DNA of 63,401 nucleotides, filler included, from Conidiobolus incongruus B7586 (GCA_000697335.1; 11 parts of 11 records of this genome joined end to end with filler, not necessarily neighbours in it), one strand, 5' to 3'; positions 13,935 to 28,211 are shown, counted from the whole stretch's first letter. Notes: generated by a model from the sequence alone, not told the origin. Numbers and translations: made by a program.

Positions 13935-14162
13935 ATGAAAGCTGCTATCATCCTCTCAATCTTCGCTTCCTTTGCAGTTGCTGCTCCAACCGATGTCTTA
14001 AACCTAGTCAATGCTAAGCGTATTCCCGTATCAGTAGCCAGTAGTGGTAACACTTCTGCAGACAATATCAATATCTCAAATATTGAACAATCCGGAATTG
14101 GTAATGAAGGCTATTCTAGAGCCGATCTCGTTGCTGCTTTATTGAGATTATTGGCTCTTTAA
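13935..14162 (+). CDS. Small secreted peptide precursor (75 aa), copy 2, identical CDS
   Basis: Identical to 12807-13034. TATA box near 13858. Confidence 0.85.
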   Translation: MKAAIILSIFASFAVAAPTDVLNLVNAKRIPVSVASSGNTSADNINISNIEQSGIGNEGYSRADLVAALLRLLAL

Positions 14163-17100
14163 TTTATAGATTAATTATTATTATTCGAATAAATAAATTT
14201 AATTATTTTTACTTATATAATTCACTTGATATTATATTAAAATTTTATAATTTAATAATATTATTTATTATAAAAAATATTTTTAAATAATTCATTATTT
14301 TAATAATTGACAATATTAATTACTTTTTAATATATATAACATTTATTAAAGTAGGATTAGAAATTTTTTTATTTTTAATTCATGATTCAGCATATATATG
14401 ATTATATTTTAACTATCACGAACAATATTGAAACAAAAATCAATATTGTTTCATACTTAATAACCGAATAAATTCAAATAAATAATTTTAATATTTATAA
14501 TTGTAACTAGTTGGTGTGTATATTGTGATAAGTATCAGATGAAATAAGCAAGATCTTGACAATTCTGATCGAATATTTATATGTTATTCTCTGGCTGATA
14601 TAATAATTTAATATTGTCAAATTTAATTGGTAATAATTTATACATTTCTAATTAATTCGTATTATGATAATATTGTTTTCCTATATAAATATAGTACAAT
14701 CTTCAGGTAGGCTCCTATTTATTTATATATGGATTGTTATTCTTATTATGTATTTCTCTTATAAAATATTAATTTCAAAAGTCTATTAAGTTGACATACT
14801 TTCTGGCTATTTTTTATATTTGCTTATTGTTCAATAATAGCTATTGTAAAATATAAGATAAAGTGAATAAAAATAATTACATTTAATTATACAGAATATA
14901 TTAAAATAATAATATTTAGCATTCTTAATTTTTCATATATTCTATAATATTAAAATTTATAATGAGCTTAATCATTAAGTCTTGCAATTTATTAGTTTTT
15001 TCAATATAACCAAGCTCTGAAGATTATATATTTTTATTTATTGATGTATTTTTTATTATAATAGTTATCATTAGTTATCTCAATATAACTCCATTATTTA
15101 TTATATAAAATGAATCAATATTATATAATATACCTTGCTATAATTTATTTAATAGATACATATATGTAAAAAATTATTAGTTTATAATTATTCTATTTAT
15201 TCATTATATTATACAAAATTATGAAACTTTTTATCTATTTTTTGAATTATGATATAATATAAATTATATATTAATTTCATTTTTCTTCATAATTATGATA
15301 TTAGTGCAGAAATTAAGTAATGGCACAATTTTAAAATTAAAATTAAACAAATAAATTAATAAATAATATATAAAATTTAATGAATAATATAAAATTAATA
15401 GCCTCTTTTATTATTAATAACTCTTTTCTATACCTTTGGTAAGCTTCTAATACCTAAAAAACAGTTCTTTTTATTAAAGACTGAAATTTGATGTTTTACA
15501 AACCAATTTAATTTGTTTGCAGGAATTTTTTTTCCTGTAAGCTGTTNNNNNNNNNNNNNNNNNNNNNNNNNNNNNNNNNNNNNNNNNNNNTTAATTAATT
15601 AANNNNNNNNNNNNNNNNNNNNNNNNNNNNNNNNNNNNNNNNNNNNTTATTGATTTAATTAATTAATATGGCTTTTTCAATTTTTTTTAATTTTTATTAT
15701 TTTTTAAATATTATTAATCATTATTTTTTATTAATATTATATTATATATTGATATTATATATTTTTAATATAATTAAATTAACTAATATATCTGAATTTT
15801 AATTAAACTCAATGATATATTAAATTGATTAGGTTATTATTAATTTAACTCTTTTTATAAATTATACCCACTTTGCCATTTATTACTGTTATAATACTTA
15901 ATTTAATAAGATTTGGAATTATAGGATTGTTAAGTATATTTATTTAAATTAATATTTAATTTATTTAAGCAAGTCATAGAATATATAGATTGGCTTGAAT
16001 ATTATAACTTTTAATTAATATTTTTATTTAATTTTATTTTCAAATAATTAATAAAAAGTACTAAATAAATACATTTTTATTTCTATATAAAAATATTCAA
16101 GTTTATTAGAAAATATTATTTTAAAATTAACTTATAATTAATTAGTTTTATTTTATTTTCTTAATTTATTAAAATATATATTAAGTTCATTAATTTCAAT
16201 AAAAACCAGTTTTTTACAAATAAATTAAACAATGATATTTCAATATTATTTAATATAAAGTTAAGACAGGAACTAATATCTTAAATAATATAATATACAG
16301 GGTACCTCTCTATAATATATTGAACTTATTATTTATAGTCTTATTTTTAGTTTTTTGATGATACCCTTGTGTAATATTTGTTTTCAATTTATATATAATA
16401 ACTTGCTTGATATTAGTGACTATATAAAGCCTGAATCTACTTGGAGTTTGTATGGTTCTAGTCTTTCCAAACCTATCACAGTGTCTAAAACTGTTGATTA
16501 GATTTAAATATAATTTTGTATTTTGAATATAAAAATATAGTTAGAATTATTTATATTTCATAAAGGATGATCATAGTGTAATTAATGCTGTAATATTTGA
16601 AACTAAATGCTATTGTAAAATAATATCCAAGTATCTGTGATGTAAATGATAATTTATTAGTCCTTAATTAAATTTTAATAAGCGTACTTAGAACTAGTGA
16701 TAATTCTGAAAAAAGTTTTAAATCAATGAATTTGAAAATTTCAATAACCTCAATAAAATCTCCAAATTTTTTACAAAATAAAATAAAAATAGAAAAATTG
16801 ATAATTATAGAAACATAAATGATAACATTTATAATTAGATAGTTTTACCTAATTGAGTGCTAATCCAAATATTTGGGAGATCTTTATATTCCCAATTTTT
16901 GATAGTTTATGTTCAAGTAGGGTTAAGGGAGTTGAAAAGAATATGATTTATTTATTCAATACAATCGTATCACGATTTGTATTGCATATTATTCTAGTTT
17001 AAAAAGTAAACAATGAACATTCTTTTAAACTTTTTTGAGTAACTTTTCACATTCATTTGATAGTTTGATGATTTTTGAAAATTATTGTATTTGTAAATAT

Positions 17101-18129
17101 ATAGGATGCCTTATTATTAGTTAAGTTAATAATGTATATTTTGCTTACTTCGGGCATCTAATTCATTTAATAGCAATACTAAGTATTATGTTTTATTATA
17201 TCCATAAAATTATATGATTATAAAAATTTTTATATAATATTACCAAAGTGTATAAATATATATTCATTAAAAAATATTTATTCATATCAAATCCTTAAAC
17301 ATATAAAAATGTTTTATTATATCAAATGATATAATTTTCAAGTAGATTTTATGTCATGATTTCAATTGTTCACATATTATATAAATAGGCTTAGACTCCT
17401 TCATTTTTCAACCCACCTTAATCATTTATTAAAGTTGAAAATTAATCTTTATTGTGTATTTATATCTTAAATATCTCTTATTACATTTTAATTTAATATA
17501 ACATTATCCAAATAAATAGTTTGAAAATATGATAAAATTATTTATATATCAAAAGTTGACTTAAATTAGAAAGTCAGGTTGTAGAAAATTTAAATAATTG
17601 ATAGATTGACTTTGTTACAATAAATTATGAAATTTATTTATCATTTTGATATTTTCAAATACTTTTGTGATTGGATAATTTGATAGAAACAAAAATATTG
17701 AAACTAGATTTTAAAAGGCACTAAAATATGAATATTTGAAGTATGAAATCATCGAAATAAAGATTTGTTAGTGAAATAACATATAGATTCGTACACAAAT
17801 ATTTATTTTATTATATACACTGACTATCTTATATGTATATATATAAATTGAACAATAAGAAAAAATAAATAACAGAAGTATATATAATTCTTAATAAAGA
17901 GGGAATCAAGACTTTATAATTGGGGTAGAAGAGAGGTGAGAGGAATTTTCTAATTATGGAATGGAGCGCGAGTGGGTGATAGGGGAAGATGGATCGTCCG
18001 GCGGTTGTAACGTCTCTGGAGAAGTAACGAGAGCACGATTTGATAATAGGAATTGATGATGAGGTGAGTGTGGCTTTTCAGAATATTTACTGGTTTCTAG
18101 TTTCTCACTAGGATGAAATTCTTGACACT

Positions 18130-18187
18130 CATAGCACCCCGGTGAAGCAAGCTTAATTACTTAAATTCACGACACCGGGGTACTATG
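18130..18187 (-). other. Stem-loop enclosing the PDE stop codon
   Basis: Arms 18173-18187 and 18130-18144 form a 15-bp stem (one G-U). An inner stem is capped by a GUAA tetraloop. Confidence 0.8.
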
Positions 18188-19623
18188 CTCATACTGTGAA
18201 GACAAGCTCTCAGTACTAGAAACTTTGGTCAGAGTGTGTTTGAGGAGAGAATTGAAGACGTTCATCCTATCTGGAGAGCAGTTATCTCGTTTTCTCCCAG
18301 AATGTTGGCGTGCCCACGTCCTCGTCTTTCGTGTATGTCGATATGCAAAGCGAGAACCATCACTGGAATGTCGCCTAACATCGTCGTTAAAAGATAAAGG
18401 AATATCGACAGTACCAGGAGAAAAGCTGACGCGGCGCGCAAATTGAGGATCGACATTGTGGCGAGCAGAGGGAGGAGCAGATGTAGAGTCTGCAGAATAT
18501 GAATTTGTTTTGATTTGAATCCAGTTCATTCTATTACTCTGAAGATTGACAACTAGTTCGTAACATTTGGGAAGAATTTGTGAAAGAGTAAAGAAGAAGG
18601 GCTGGACAAGATATTCATCAAAATCAAGGGCAATCTGGTGCTGGGCGTGGCACTCTCGATCCATGTTGAGGGAAACGGGAAGGTGAGCTTGCTTTTCCAA
18701 GTCACCCTGATGATAGAATTCTTGAACTACCAAATCTGACCAGGTTTTACAAAGATTCCAAGGACGAGCAGGGTTGCTGATATCGGCAGCATGAATAATT
18801 GCAGTGGATACTTTTAAGCGGAGTTCAACAGTGTCCATGACGTTGGAAAATAAAGGTTGAGGCTCTTCAACTAAACCTTGAGAAGGATCCAAAGGAGGTG
18901 AAGGAGATGATTCTGAAGAAATCATAGGTTGGCTATCACAGATAATTCTCTTCATGTCCTCAAGTATCTGGAAGTGAAACTTCATATCAGTAAATAAAAT
19001 AAGTTCTTCAATCCTTTGCTCAAGGAAGCTTTTAATTGGTGATTTATCAAGTAGTTGGTGTTTGTTAAGAAGCTGCTGAGTCAAATGACATGAATGCGTT
19101 TCTAAAATGGAGTTTTCTTGATATTTTTGAGCTAAAGGTGTGTTGGCATTGATTTGATAAACGTTATTTGTTCCAGGCTAAAGATATTAATTAGAAAAAA
19201 TACAGAAAAATTTAATAGATTGAGACTTACATGACCAATATCGTGGCAAAGAGAAGCAATCATCAAAGCCAAAATATCATCTTGCTCAAGATATGCGTTG
19301 GCATTACAGTTAGCCAAAAAATGATAAACAATAATGGATACATCAACAGCGTGATGGAACGAGTGGTATGGATTGGCAAAATAACCCCTTTCAACATCTG
19401 ATATAAAATGAAGCAAGTCCATATCTGTTATATTGATAAAGTCTACCAAATCCAACTTTTTAAATAAACTTAAAACAGTACCACAGAGTTGACCAGTAGA
19501 AAGGGACCAAGGGTCAAAATTGAGTCCCAAGTCAATATCGGACTGACCAGATAATTGTGCTTCAGAAGTTTTTAAAGCAACTTCGTACTGGTTTTGGTTT
19601 GATAATTCAGAATGAGAATACAT
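18167..19623 (-). CDS. Class I 3',5'-cyclic nucleotide phosphodiesterase (Pde2-like). Exon 1 19623-19231, intron 19230-19178, exon 2 19177-18167; possible extension to 17954
   Basis: NPYHSFHHAVDV; HDIGH|PGTNN restored by the GTAAGT..TAG intron; ENSILETH, TDM, IIHAADISNPARPW and EFYHQGDLE. Confidence 0.93.
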
Positions 19624-22600
19624 GCTTATTTTTAATTATACAGGAGATATCAATATTGAGAAATATGAGATTTGTACAAATATCCACACTTTTAGGTGTG
19701 TAGGGTATATCGGTTAATGGTAGAAATAAAAGTACAGTTTAGTGGTGTAATAAATAAACAATAAATTGAACAAGGAACTAGATAAATATGGTTGTAATCA
19801 AGTTTGTGTAAGGTAAATGTATATAACAAATGATATGAATATTTAGGGTTGGTATATGTACAGTTTGAAGCTTTTATAGACTTTGACTAGAGCTAATATA
19901 CAAGATTCTAGAGAGCGTTGGTGAGTGATAGAATCGATAAGAGGAGAGTTTGGGTTCTATATGGTGGTCAGAAGAATGAAAGAATAGGTGAGTATGTACA
20001 AATCTAAATAGAAGAAGACGAGAAATAGAGAATGTAAAAATACACTCTATTGAATAACGGGCCTAAAACAGAGACTGAGAGACAGAGATAATTCAGGTAT
20101 TTATACTAGTCAGCAATTGTACATAATTCTTAATTATTAATTGCGAATGATTGGCTGAAATAAATTGGTTGACCAATGGGAAGGAGAATCTATCAATTAT
20201 TAAGAAAATCAGCGGGGGAGAAAGATTAGCGAATGAGTGGTGGGTGAAAAGAGTGGATTTTTAATTAAGAAATTTCCACCCAACCAAAATCCAAACTGAA
20301 TAACTTCCTCTCAAGACCCTAATTGCTGATTGGCCAGATTAGCCATCAAAATCTTATGCCTAACAATATGGGTTAAAAAAATCAATTAGCTTAATTGAAC
20401 ATAGATGCAGAATGCTGACCCAAAGCTAATACCATTGCTGAATAAGAGGCAAATTATCAAGTTAATGGAGTGAATAATAATGTGCATATGCCTAAAGAGT
20501 CATGAATAGTATCTAATTATATTGCCAACTCTAGTCTAAAACGAAAATAATAAGATCTATTATAGAATATTCAGCGAAGAATTGGGATTTTCCTATGCGA
20601 GTCTCGGTCAAAGTATACTTGGGAGTGAATTGCAAAATATGATAGTCGAGCGTTTTATTGGATAGTTGAGATACTATCTAATCAAAATCTGGGTTGATTC
20701 CTAGAACCCCAACTTTACTCAAGGATGCCAATATCATAGCTGTTCTCAAATGTGATCTAATTAATACATTTGAAACAGGAGCAATTCAGAGTAAGCGAAC
20801 TATGCTCCTTTAGTTAATGATGACCCACCCAGTTTATTCTCCGAATTAAGATTTATAATTAATGTATAACGTGTGAGCTACTGTTAATTAATTAGTCAAA
20901 GGATTGTCCTTATCACTGTAATTATCGTTGAATTGTGACATTTTGGAGTCATATTATGTCAAAGTATGGTTTTCCTTATGACCAAATAAGGGATCAACTT
21001 GATTAAGGGGAATCCTTAACCACGCTACTTAGTTAGGCAAAGTAAAATAATGATCAGAAAATTAAATCAGTTAGTGTATTATGAGTATATCAACAATAAC
21101 AACACCAATTAGTTATGATAACAACAATATGCAATAATTAATAATACGTTGATTGGGGAAATGATACGAATACAAAATAATCATTAAGGCTTAAGCTATG
21201 AACTTAAATGTATCTTGAACTAATTTAGTAACTGCTTTTGGGTATTGCTGGTCCGATTTGTAACAGTTTATTGCACTATAAAATCAAAATATCAATCTTT
21301 AATATTTATCTTACACAAGATAACACTTAACCAATTCACCTATTGTACTAATTTGAAAAAGTAAAAAACAATATCAAAACATTCATCGAATACAGATTTT
21401 ATTAATTGAATAGTTGAATCATGAGACAACTAATATATGGGTAAATATTTTTAGGATCCATAAAGATCTCTGATAATGTTTAAGTGTACAATTGAATTTT
21501 TCACATATCTAAGTTCAGTAGCTTACACAATGTATCCAAATTACCTAATATCGTAATCTAATTTACTAAAACTATATCCAGTATCAAGAGTGAAATATCT
21601 ATCATATATAATATCAATTAAATAAATCATTAATTAATTGGAGAATATTTTATGATGATATATCTATGATAAATAATTAAATTAATATGAATTAACGAGT
21701 ATATCATGAAAAATAGAACCATATTTCAAGCTTAAAAACGTGGATGTCTAACAAATTGAAATTTTAATCTATAAAATTGAGGAAATATCAAGATCTAATA
21801 AACTCCAATTTGCTCTTGAGACTATTTCAAATAAATAATAATAATTATAGAAAAACTATTCGATAACAGTCAAAATATCAGGTTAAATGAATTCAACTTT
21901 TGATAACAATTCATCTTAAAATTTTAACAGAGATTAATAGAAAAGGTAATATGAAATAAAATCAATAAACCTCAATCCATTGTATTAATAACTTTTAATT
22001 AATCATTAAGTAACTGAAAAGTTCACTTATAGCCAAATAGTTTTAATCATCTCCTCACTTCCTTTTTATTCACTGTTATTCGACTTATAATTTTTTTTAT
22101 TGAATAAAAAACATAATTTAAATTTCTAAATCAAAGCTAAATAGGAATTTCCCCTGTATATTATTTACCCAACTATTTTTTCAAAGCTTGCTTTATGATA
22201 TTATATTTTTAGAATTAATATAACTTAATCGATATAATTAAATAAATTATAAATTGTAATATTGTTAATATAATTTTTAACTAAAATTATAATTAAATAT
22301 TATTAAAAAAGGTATTAAATATTAAAAATAAATTTTGAAACTTTTAGTTAAATTTTAAATAATTTTTAGATCGTGGATTTCAGTTGAAATCAAAATAGAA
22401 TTTGGTGGTACATTATTCAAGACCAATCAAGTGTATAAAAATTTTTTTTCTCGTCGATTACACAATACTGAGATCCGAGCTTTAATTCTTGGTTTACACT
22501 CAGAAATAACTATCCCGATGCATTCCGCTGAATTTAAATATCATTGATTGATTTAAGGGTTCATTAGATTTACTTTAATATATCACTTCACCCAAATGTA

Positions 22601-25600
22601 AATGATTCAATACTATGGATGTTGAACTGAAATAATAAATAATATTTGGCAAATCATATAGTCTATATTCTGATCAAGTCGGAATATATATTAATAAATT
22701 AATTTTCAATTCAAAGCTATAAATCTAGATAAGATGAATTTTATCCAATAATTTGAGTATGTTATAAATCCTGCAAGATTAATATAAAGAGGTTTTGAAT
22801 TTTGGGTTGAATTGAATTAAAGTTTAAATCATATTAACCATGTGGATGTAAGTCTTACATAAACTGATTCAGATCATCCCTACACTTAGTTAACAGCCTT
22901 TTATCATTATCATTTTAATCTCATTAAATATTCTTATAAGATCAACATTGAATAGATTCTACATTATAGTTATAAAATTACTAATATAGATTTTCTAATA
23001 AGTAAAGTTTTCAAAACCACTTCAATAATTTAAATACTCGTAAATTTCAAGACAATCCATTCCATTAAAGATTTGAATCAGAAATATTAATCAATCTTAA
23101 ACCAATGAAATGGTGTCAAATTAATTCTTACAAGATTACAGTTTGTATAGTTGATTATAGATTTTTATCATTAGGTTTTAGATCACTTGTTATGACTACT
23201 ATATTTTTAGTATATAAATCAATTGATAAATTATAAATTACCTTCTAGTATTAAATATAATAAAATATTAAATAATTAATTCCGAAATTTATGTTTCATT
23301 ATTACTTTAATAATGAAATCATTCAGATCTTTTAAAGCTATGCAAGTTTGACTCATGGCATTTCAATTTAAATTAACCAATAAGATTCAACTAAATTTGT
23401 TTTGATCTTGGTTATTCGTTTATAATAAAACTGATTTTTAGGTATTATTAATATTATTATAATATATTTATTAAAAATATTTAGCTGAAATCGTATAATT
23501 TATGAATAATTTTGAATAATAAAGTGAGTGTAAGTTAAATAATAGATTTTCAAACTCTAAAATAAGATCAAGAACAATTATCAAATAATGAACCATAAAT
23601 TCAAAATTGTTTAGTTTCAAGAAAATTGAACTCAAAGTTGAAACCTCATTTCAAATCACTTAATTACTATGAAACTAATCAATCCTTTCATTAATTTCGC
23701 ATTTTGTTCAAAGAAATTGACAAGATTGTTACATTTATTACTTGAGAAACTTGTGATGATTAATGATAATAGTGCCATCTCGCTCCAAATACAATTTATT
23801 CAATATTTGTTAATTGTTATTTGGAAGCAGGAATTAAGTAATTTCAAATATAAGGATAATTTCGATAACAGACCTTGAACTAAAATTTTTTTATATTATA
23901 ACACGTTGAATTAAAATTAAAATTTCAATCAATTTAAATATATATTAGTCTTGTATGGCGTAGAAATTTTAAATATGAAAGATTTTTTGTCTATTGTACC
24001 TGAAATAATAGTACTATTAAAGGGCGGCAATTTGAATGCTTGGATCATAATAACCTCCTTCCTCCTAGTTTGATTCAACTCAATTTGGAAGGTAGTTATA
24101 TTAATTTGAATATATTATTAGAACTGACTAGAATAGATTGAAATTACTAATGGAAATTTAGTCTATAAATATAATTTTCAATGAGTTTGATACGATTATG
24201 AATATTTGAATTGAATAACAGAATTCAATCTTTCCTCTATGATGAGTCGGATTCCATGAAATATTTTTGATTATATAAACTTTAAACAATTATCTTGATA
24301 TAGAATCCGAATAAACAAATAAAAACCAAAGTGTATATAATATCGAATACCAATATTCAATTTATAAATATTACATATTTCATTTTAATTTATATTTTCT
24401 TATAATTTTATTTTATATTTATTAAAATCAAGTTGCCTAAAAATTTGAATAATTGTAATACAAACAAATTTTTGAAATTTTGAGTATGAAGGGTTAATGT
24501 CACTCCTAATGAATTAATTTTTATTATATTGAACAACAAATAAATCAAATGAATTATGATATTTTGAATTAAAATTGACTAAAATTTGATTAAATTATCT
24601 ATATATCAGACTTGTATGGCGTAGAAATACTAAATTTGCCAACTTTTTTCACTATTATATCTGAAGTATTAGCACTAGCAAAGAGGTGGCAAAGTTATTT
24701 CAACACAATACTATCCTTCCTAAAATGTTTGAATTCAATTTGGAAAAATAATGTTTGTAGTTGAAAAAGTATTATAAATGTTTTGATTGTTATAAAAAAC
24801 ACGTGTGGCAACTCATATAATATCAATTTTGATTTATTTATCATAAAATCAACGTGATCCAAATTAATTTAATATAACAATCAAGTTTGATCCAAAAAAA
24901 ATAACAGGGATTTCATACTATAATCCGGTATTTTTCACAAAAATATTAATTATAGAATATATAATTTTTCACGAATTCTTCTATATTTTATTAGAATTAT
25001 TCTTATATTAACAATAAAATCTTGTATTTTGTGATGCAAATTTATATTTAATATTACTTTAACAATAATTATAGAATTTTAAAATTTCATCATGATGTAA
25101 CAAAAATTTAATCATTTAACTATTAGTATTGATAATTCATAATAATTTCAATTTTATGAAAATCTGATTCTTTCTTAACTTACAGCTAAATTGAAATTGG
25201 ATTAAGATTTAAAATACATTTTTGATACTGAAACTTTCAAACAATATTTTTTTTATAATTTGATATGAAAATTAAGTAGATTCTAATCGAAATGCGGGTA
25301 TAGTTAATTATTAACCTAATTAAATTGACAGATATATTCAAATACGCAAATCCCTTGGTAACCACAGATTGGTTTCTTACATTTAGTAATTTATCACGTA
25401 AAATGAAGTATTTTTAAATTGATGATTGATTTTGTATCATTTATTTCAAAGGTCAAACTGCCTTGAAACACTATTTAAATCAAGTAACTGTATAATAAAT
25501 ATGATATAAACTGATGTCTGATAACCAAATGATTTTTGCATCATCCTTTATGTATTAATAACAATATTAATTTTTACAATTGATTATCTTTATTTTTTTA

Positions 25601-27239
25601 TCTATCCATTTTAATCATTTTTTCTTATATAAAGATATATCTTAGCGATTAGATAAATTAAACCAGATAAAATATATATGATAATATTATTCCAAGAACC
25701 CATATAAATCTTCAAAATTATAAAAATATATTTTTCTAATGCCCGCTTTTAAAGTAATTAATTTTCTTAATCATTTCAAAAGCATGATTTATCTACAGAT
25801 AAGTATTTCCTAATAAATTCAATTAATATAACTCATAAGGTATATTAAAGATACTAATAATAATTACGATTAAACACAATATTATAAAAAGAATCCAAAT
25901 TAATTATAGAAGGATCTATTTCACCAACTCGTTTTTTATATTGAAATAATCTACAGAAATTCGATTGATTGGATCATATGCAATAATAAATCAAATAATA
26001 CATCAAAAAGATCAGTTCTCAAATTAGATATAGCGATTTTTAAATTAAAATAATCAAAATATATTTACTATTAATTATATTAATAAAATAATATTTAAAA
26101 TTATGAATTCTTGGTACATAATAATATTTTTAGATTTGAGATTATGAATATGAAATGTATTTAGTAATAATAATTGATTTTATTAATAGAATATAAAAAT
26201 ATTTCAAGTTGATTAATTAAAAATAATATCACATTCATGTAATACTATTAAATTTTATATATATCTTTTTCAATATCTTAAATGATAATTTAAATGAAAC
26301 AATATTAACAAATTATAACTTAATAGGTCAAAAATGAACAATTTACAATATCCATGAATTTTTATTTCATACAATAAATTTATAATTCATTTTTTACCTT
26401 TGATATAGCAATTTTTATTTAATATCAAAAAATATTAAAGGATATTTGATCCATTTTATAGTACTGAATATAATAATATTATAAAAAATAATTACAATGC
26501 TATAAATACAAAAATTTGATACATAATAAGCAATGAGTAATTCATGGTATAATCTAAAATATGTGGAAAGCCAAGGTTGTATTTGATCTAAAATAAATGT
26601 CAAAATTCGAATTCAATGTAGAATAGAGTAATGTATCAAGTGAAAAAAATAATTTATACATCAATCACAAACAACAAAAATATATAATAAATAAGTAATC
26701 TTCAAAGTATTCAATCTACGAGTAGAAATTATATTTAAATATTCCACTTTTCATTTTGTTTGGTCATTACAAAATTACCCCATTTTATTATTCAATTTTA
26801 ATTCAAATTTTTATCCATTATAACCAAGAATATTAAATTATTAAATTGAGTAATATAATAAATAAAGTGAATAATACTGACATTGTTGATATATTTGTAT
26901 AAACATTTTAGGATATTAGTGCAATATTAATATTAATTTTTGTTAAAATCAGCTATATTTTAATAATAAAGCATTTACTAAAATACTATTATTTAGGTTA
27001 ATTTATTAATTATTAAATATTAAATACGATGCCACATTTCAATATTGGATATAATGGGGTAAATATAGTATTATTATCAAATATAAAATCTAAAGTTCAG
27101 TAATATTTGTTGAGTATTTGTAAAAAATATAGGTATGTTAATATTACTAAATGAATTATTATAACATTAGAGAAGCCATAAAATCATCATCAACCAGTAT
27201 AAATTTCATTTATAAATATTTACTCATAATTCCATTCAT

Positions 27240-28211
27240 TAAATTAATTTTTTCTTTAGTTTCTTCCGATTTTTTTTATATTTCAGGTGCAGATGGCTCT
27301 ACTTTAGTGAAGCGGAGCAAAGGTTCGTAGACGTATTTCAAACTGAGATGAAAGGAGATATGGACGGATATAATGATAGCTTGAGCTTGGTAAAGATTCA
27401 GCTCGAGAATGAAAAATCGGGTCCATTCTAACGCTAGATGTAGATCCTTGGTGGTGAAAAAAAATAGAAGATCGATAGGAAGAAGGGCGATTTGATGGTA
27501 GTTGGTATGGTTGATACAAATCTTGCAGTTTTGAGTGCCCAGTTGGGTTGATTGAGGTTGAAGAGATCTAAATCAAAGATTAATTATTAGTAACTTAAAT
27601 TATTTGCAGTGTTCTTACCTATTAAAATACCACTATCGCACGATCTAATCGTACCACAAACGATTATTGGGACGTAGAAACTGGCAAGTGATTCAGAATA
27701 TTTGTAGCGGATCACATTCACGATGAATGGTTTAATTGCTGGTAATGTGACTATTAAAAATCGGAATAAAATATCATAGGGTGAATACGTCACCTGATAG
27801 TATACTGCAGTATATAGAGAGACTGTGATATTAGAAACTAATTATGTGATATGTCTACCCAAAATATTAGCTAAATAATTATTAATATGACTTAAAATGA
27901 GAAAAGAGATATATTTGGTTGGCTACTAGTGATATCACCTCCCAAACACATTAACAGATGGGCGATAAGATATTAAAGCCAGAGAATATGGAAAGGGCGG
28001 TCGAAGGTTTTGGAGAGTTGGAAGCGATAATTTAAGCAATTTGAATTGCATGAAGAGTTGCCATGATGTAAAAGAGTAAATAGTTAGGATCCCAAGTCAC
28101 AGAGCGGAAGGAATGAACATATGGGGAAACAGTCTTGAGTAAGTGTTAATAGGTGGGCACAGATATGGGTGTTTGTGCTACAATTGCAAACGTTTCTGCT
28201 ATAGTTGACAT
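27240..28211 (-). pseudogene. Degenerate multi-pass membrane-protein-like gene
   Basis: Coding-like GC and hydrophobic segments (LGILTIYSFTSWQLFMQF, ILFRFLIVTLPAI, PFFLSIFYFF) broken by several stops and frameshifts. One intron-like segment near 27570-27595. Confidence 0.35.

Larger units (their letters stand above)
12765..14204. repeat. Inverted duplication: arms 12765-13179 and 13790-14204 (415 bp), 610-bp spacer
   Basis: The arms are reverse complements with about 5 mismatches, all outside the CDS. Each includes promoter (TATATAAAG), CDS and 3' flank. Confidence 0.95.

Noticed and set aside
15547..15646. TTAATTAATTAA motif centred in each 100-nt N gap, recurring across the window
   Set aside because: Artificial contig linker with stops in all six frames; not biological.
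16260..16500. QG-like and FDD-like codons suggesting a LINE RT relic
   Set aside because: Too degraded to support.
18060..18150. GGGGTGC...TGAGAA on the minus strand resembling a TPP riboswitch 5' half
   Set aside because: The downstream GAACCTGA/TAAT core is missing.
18167..18169. UGA as selenocysteine
   Set aside because: A UAA follows two codons later, no SECIS is recognised, and the site is in a disordered tail.
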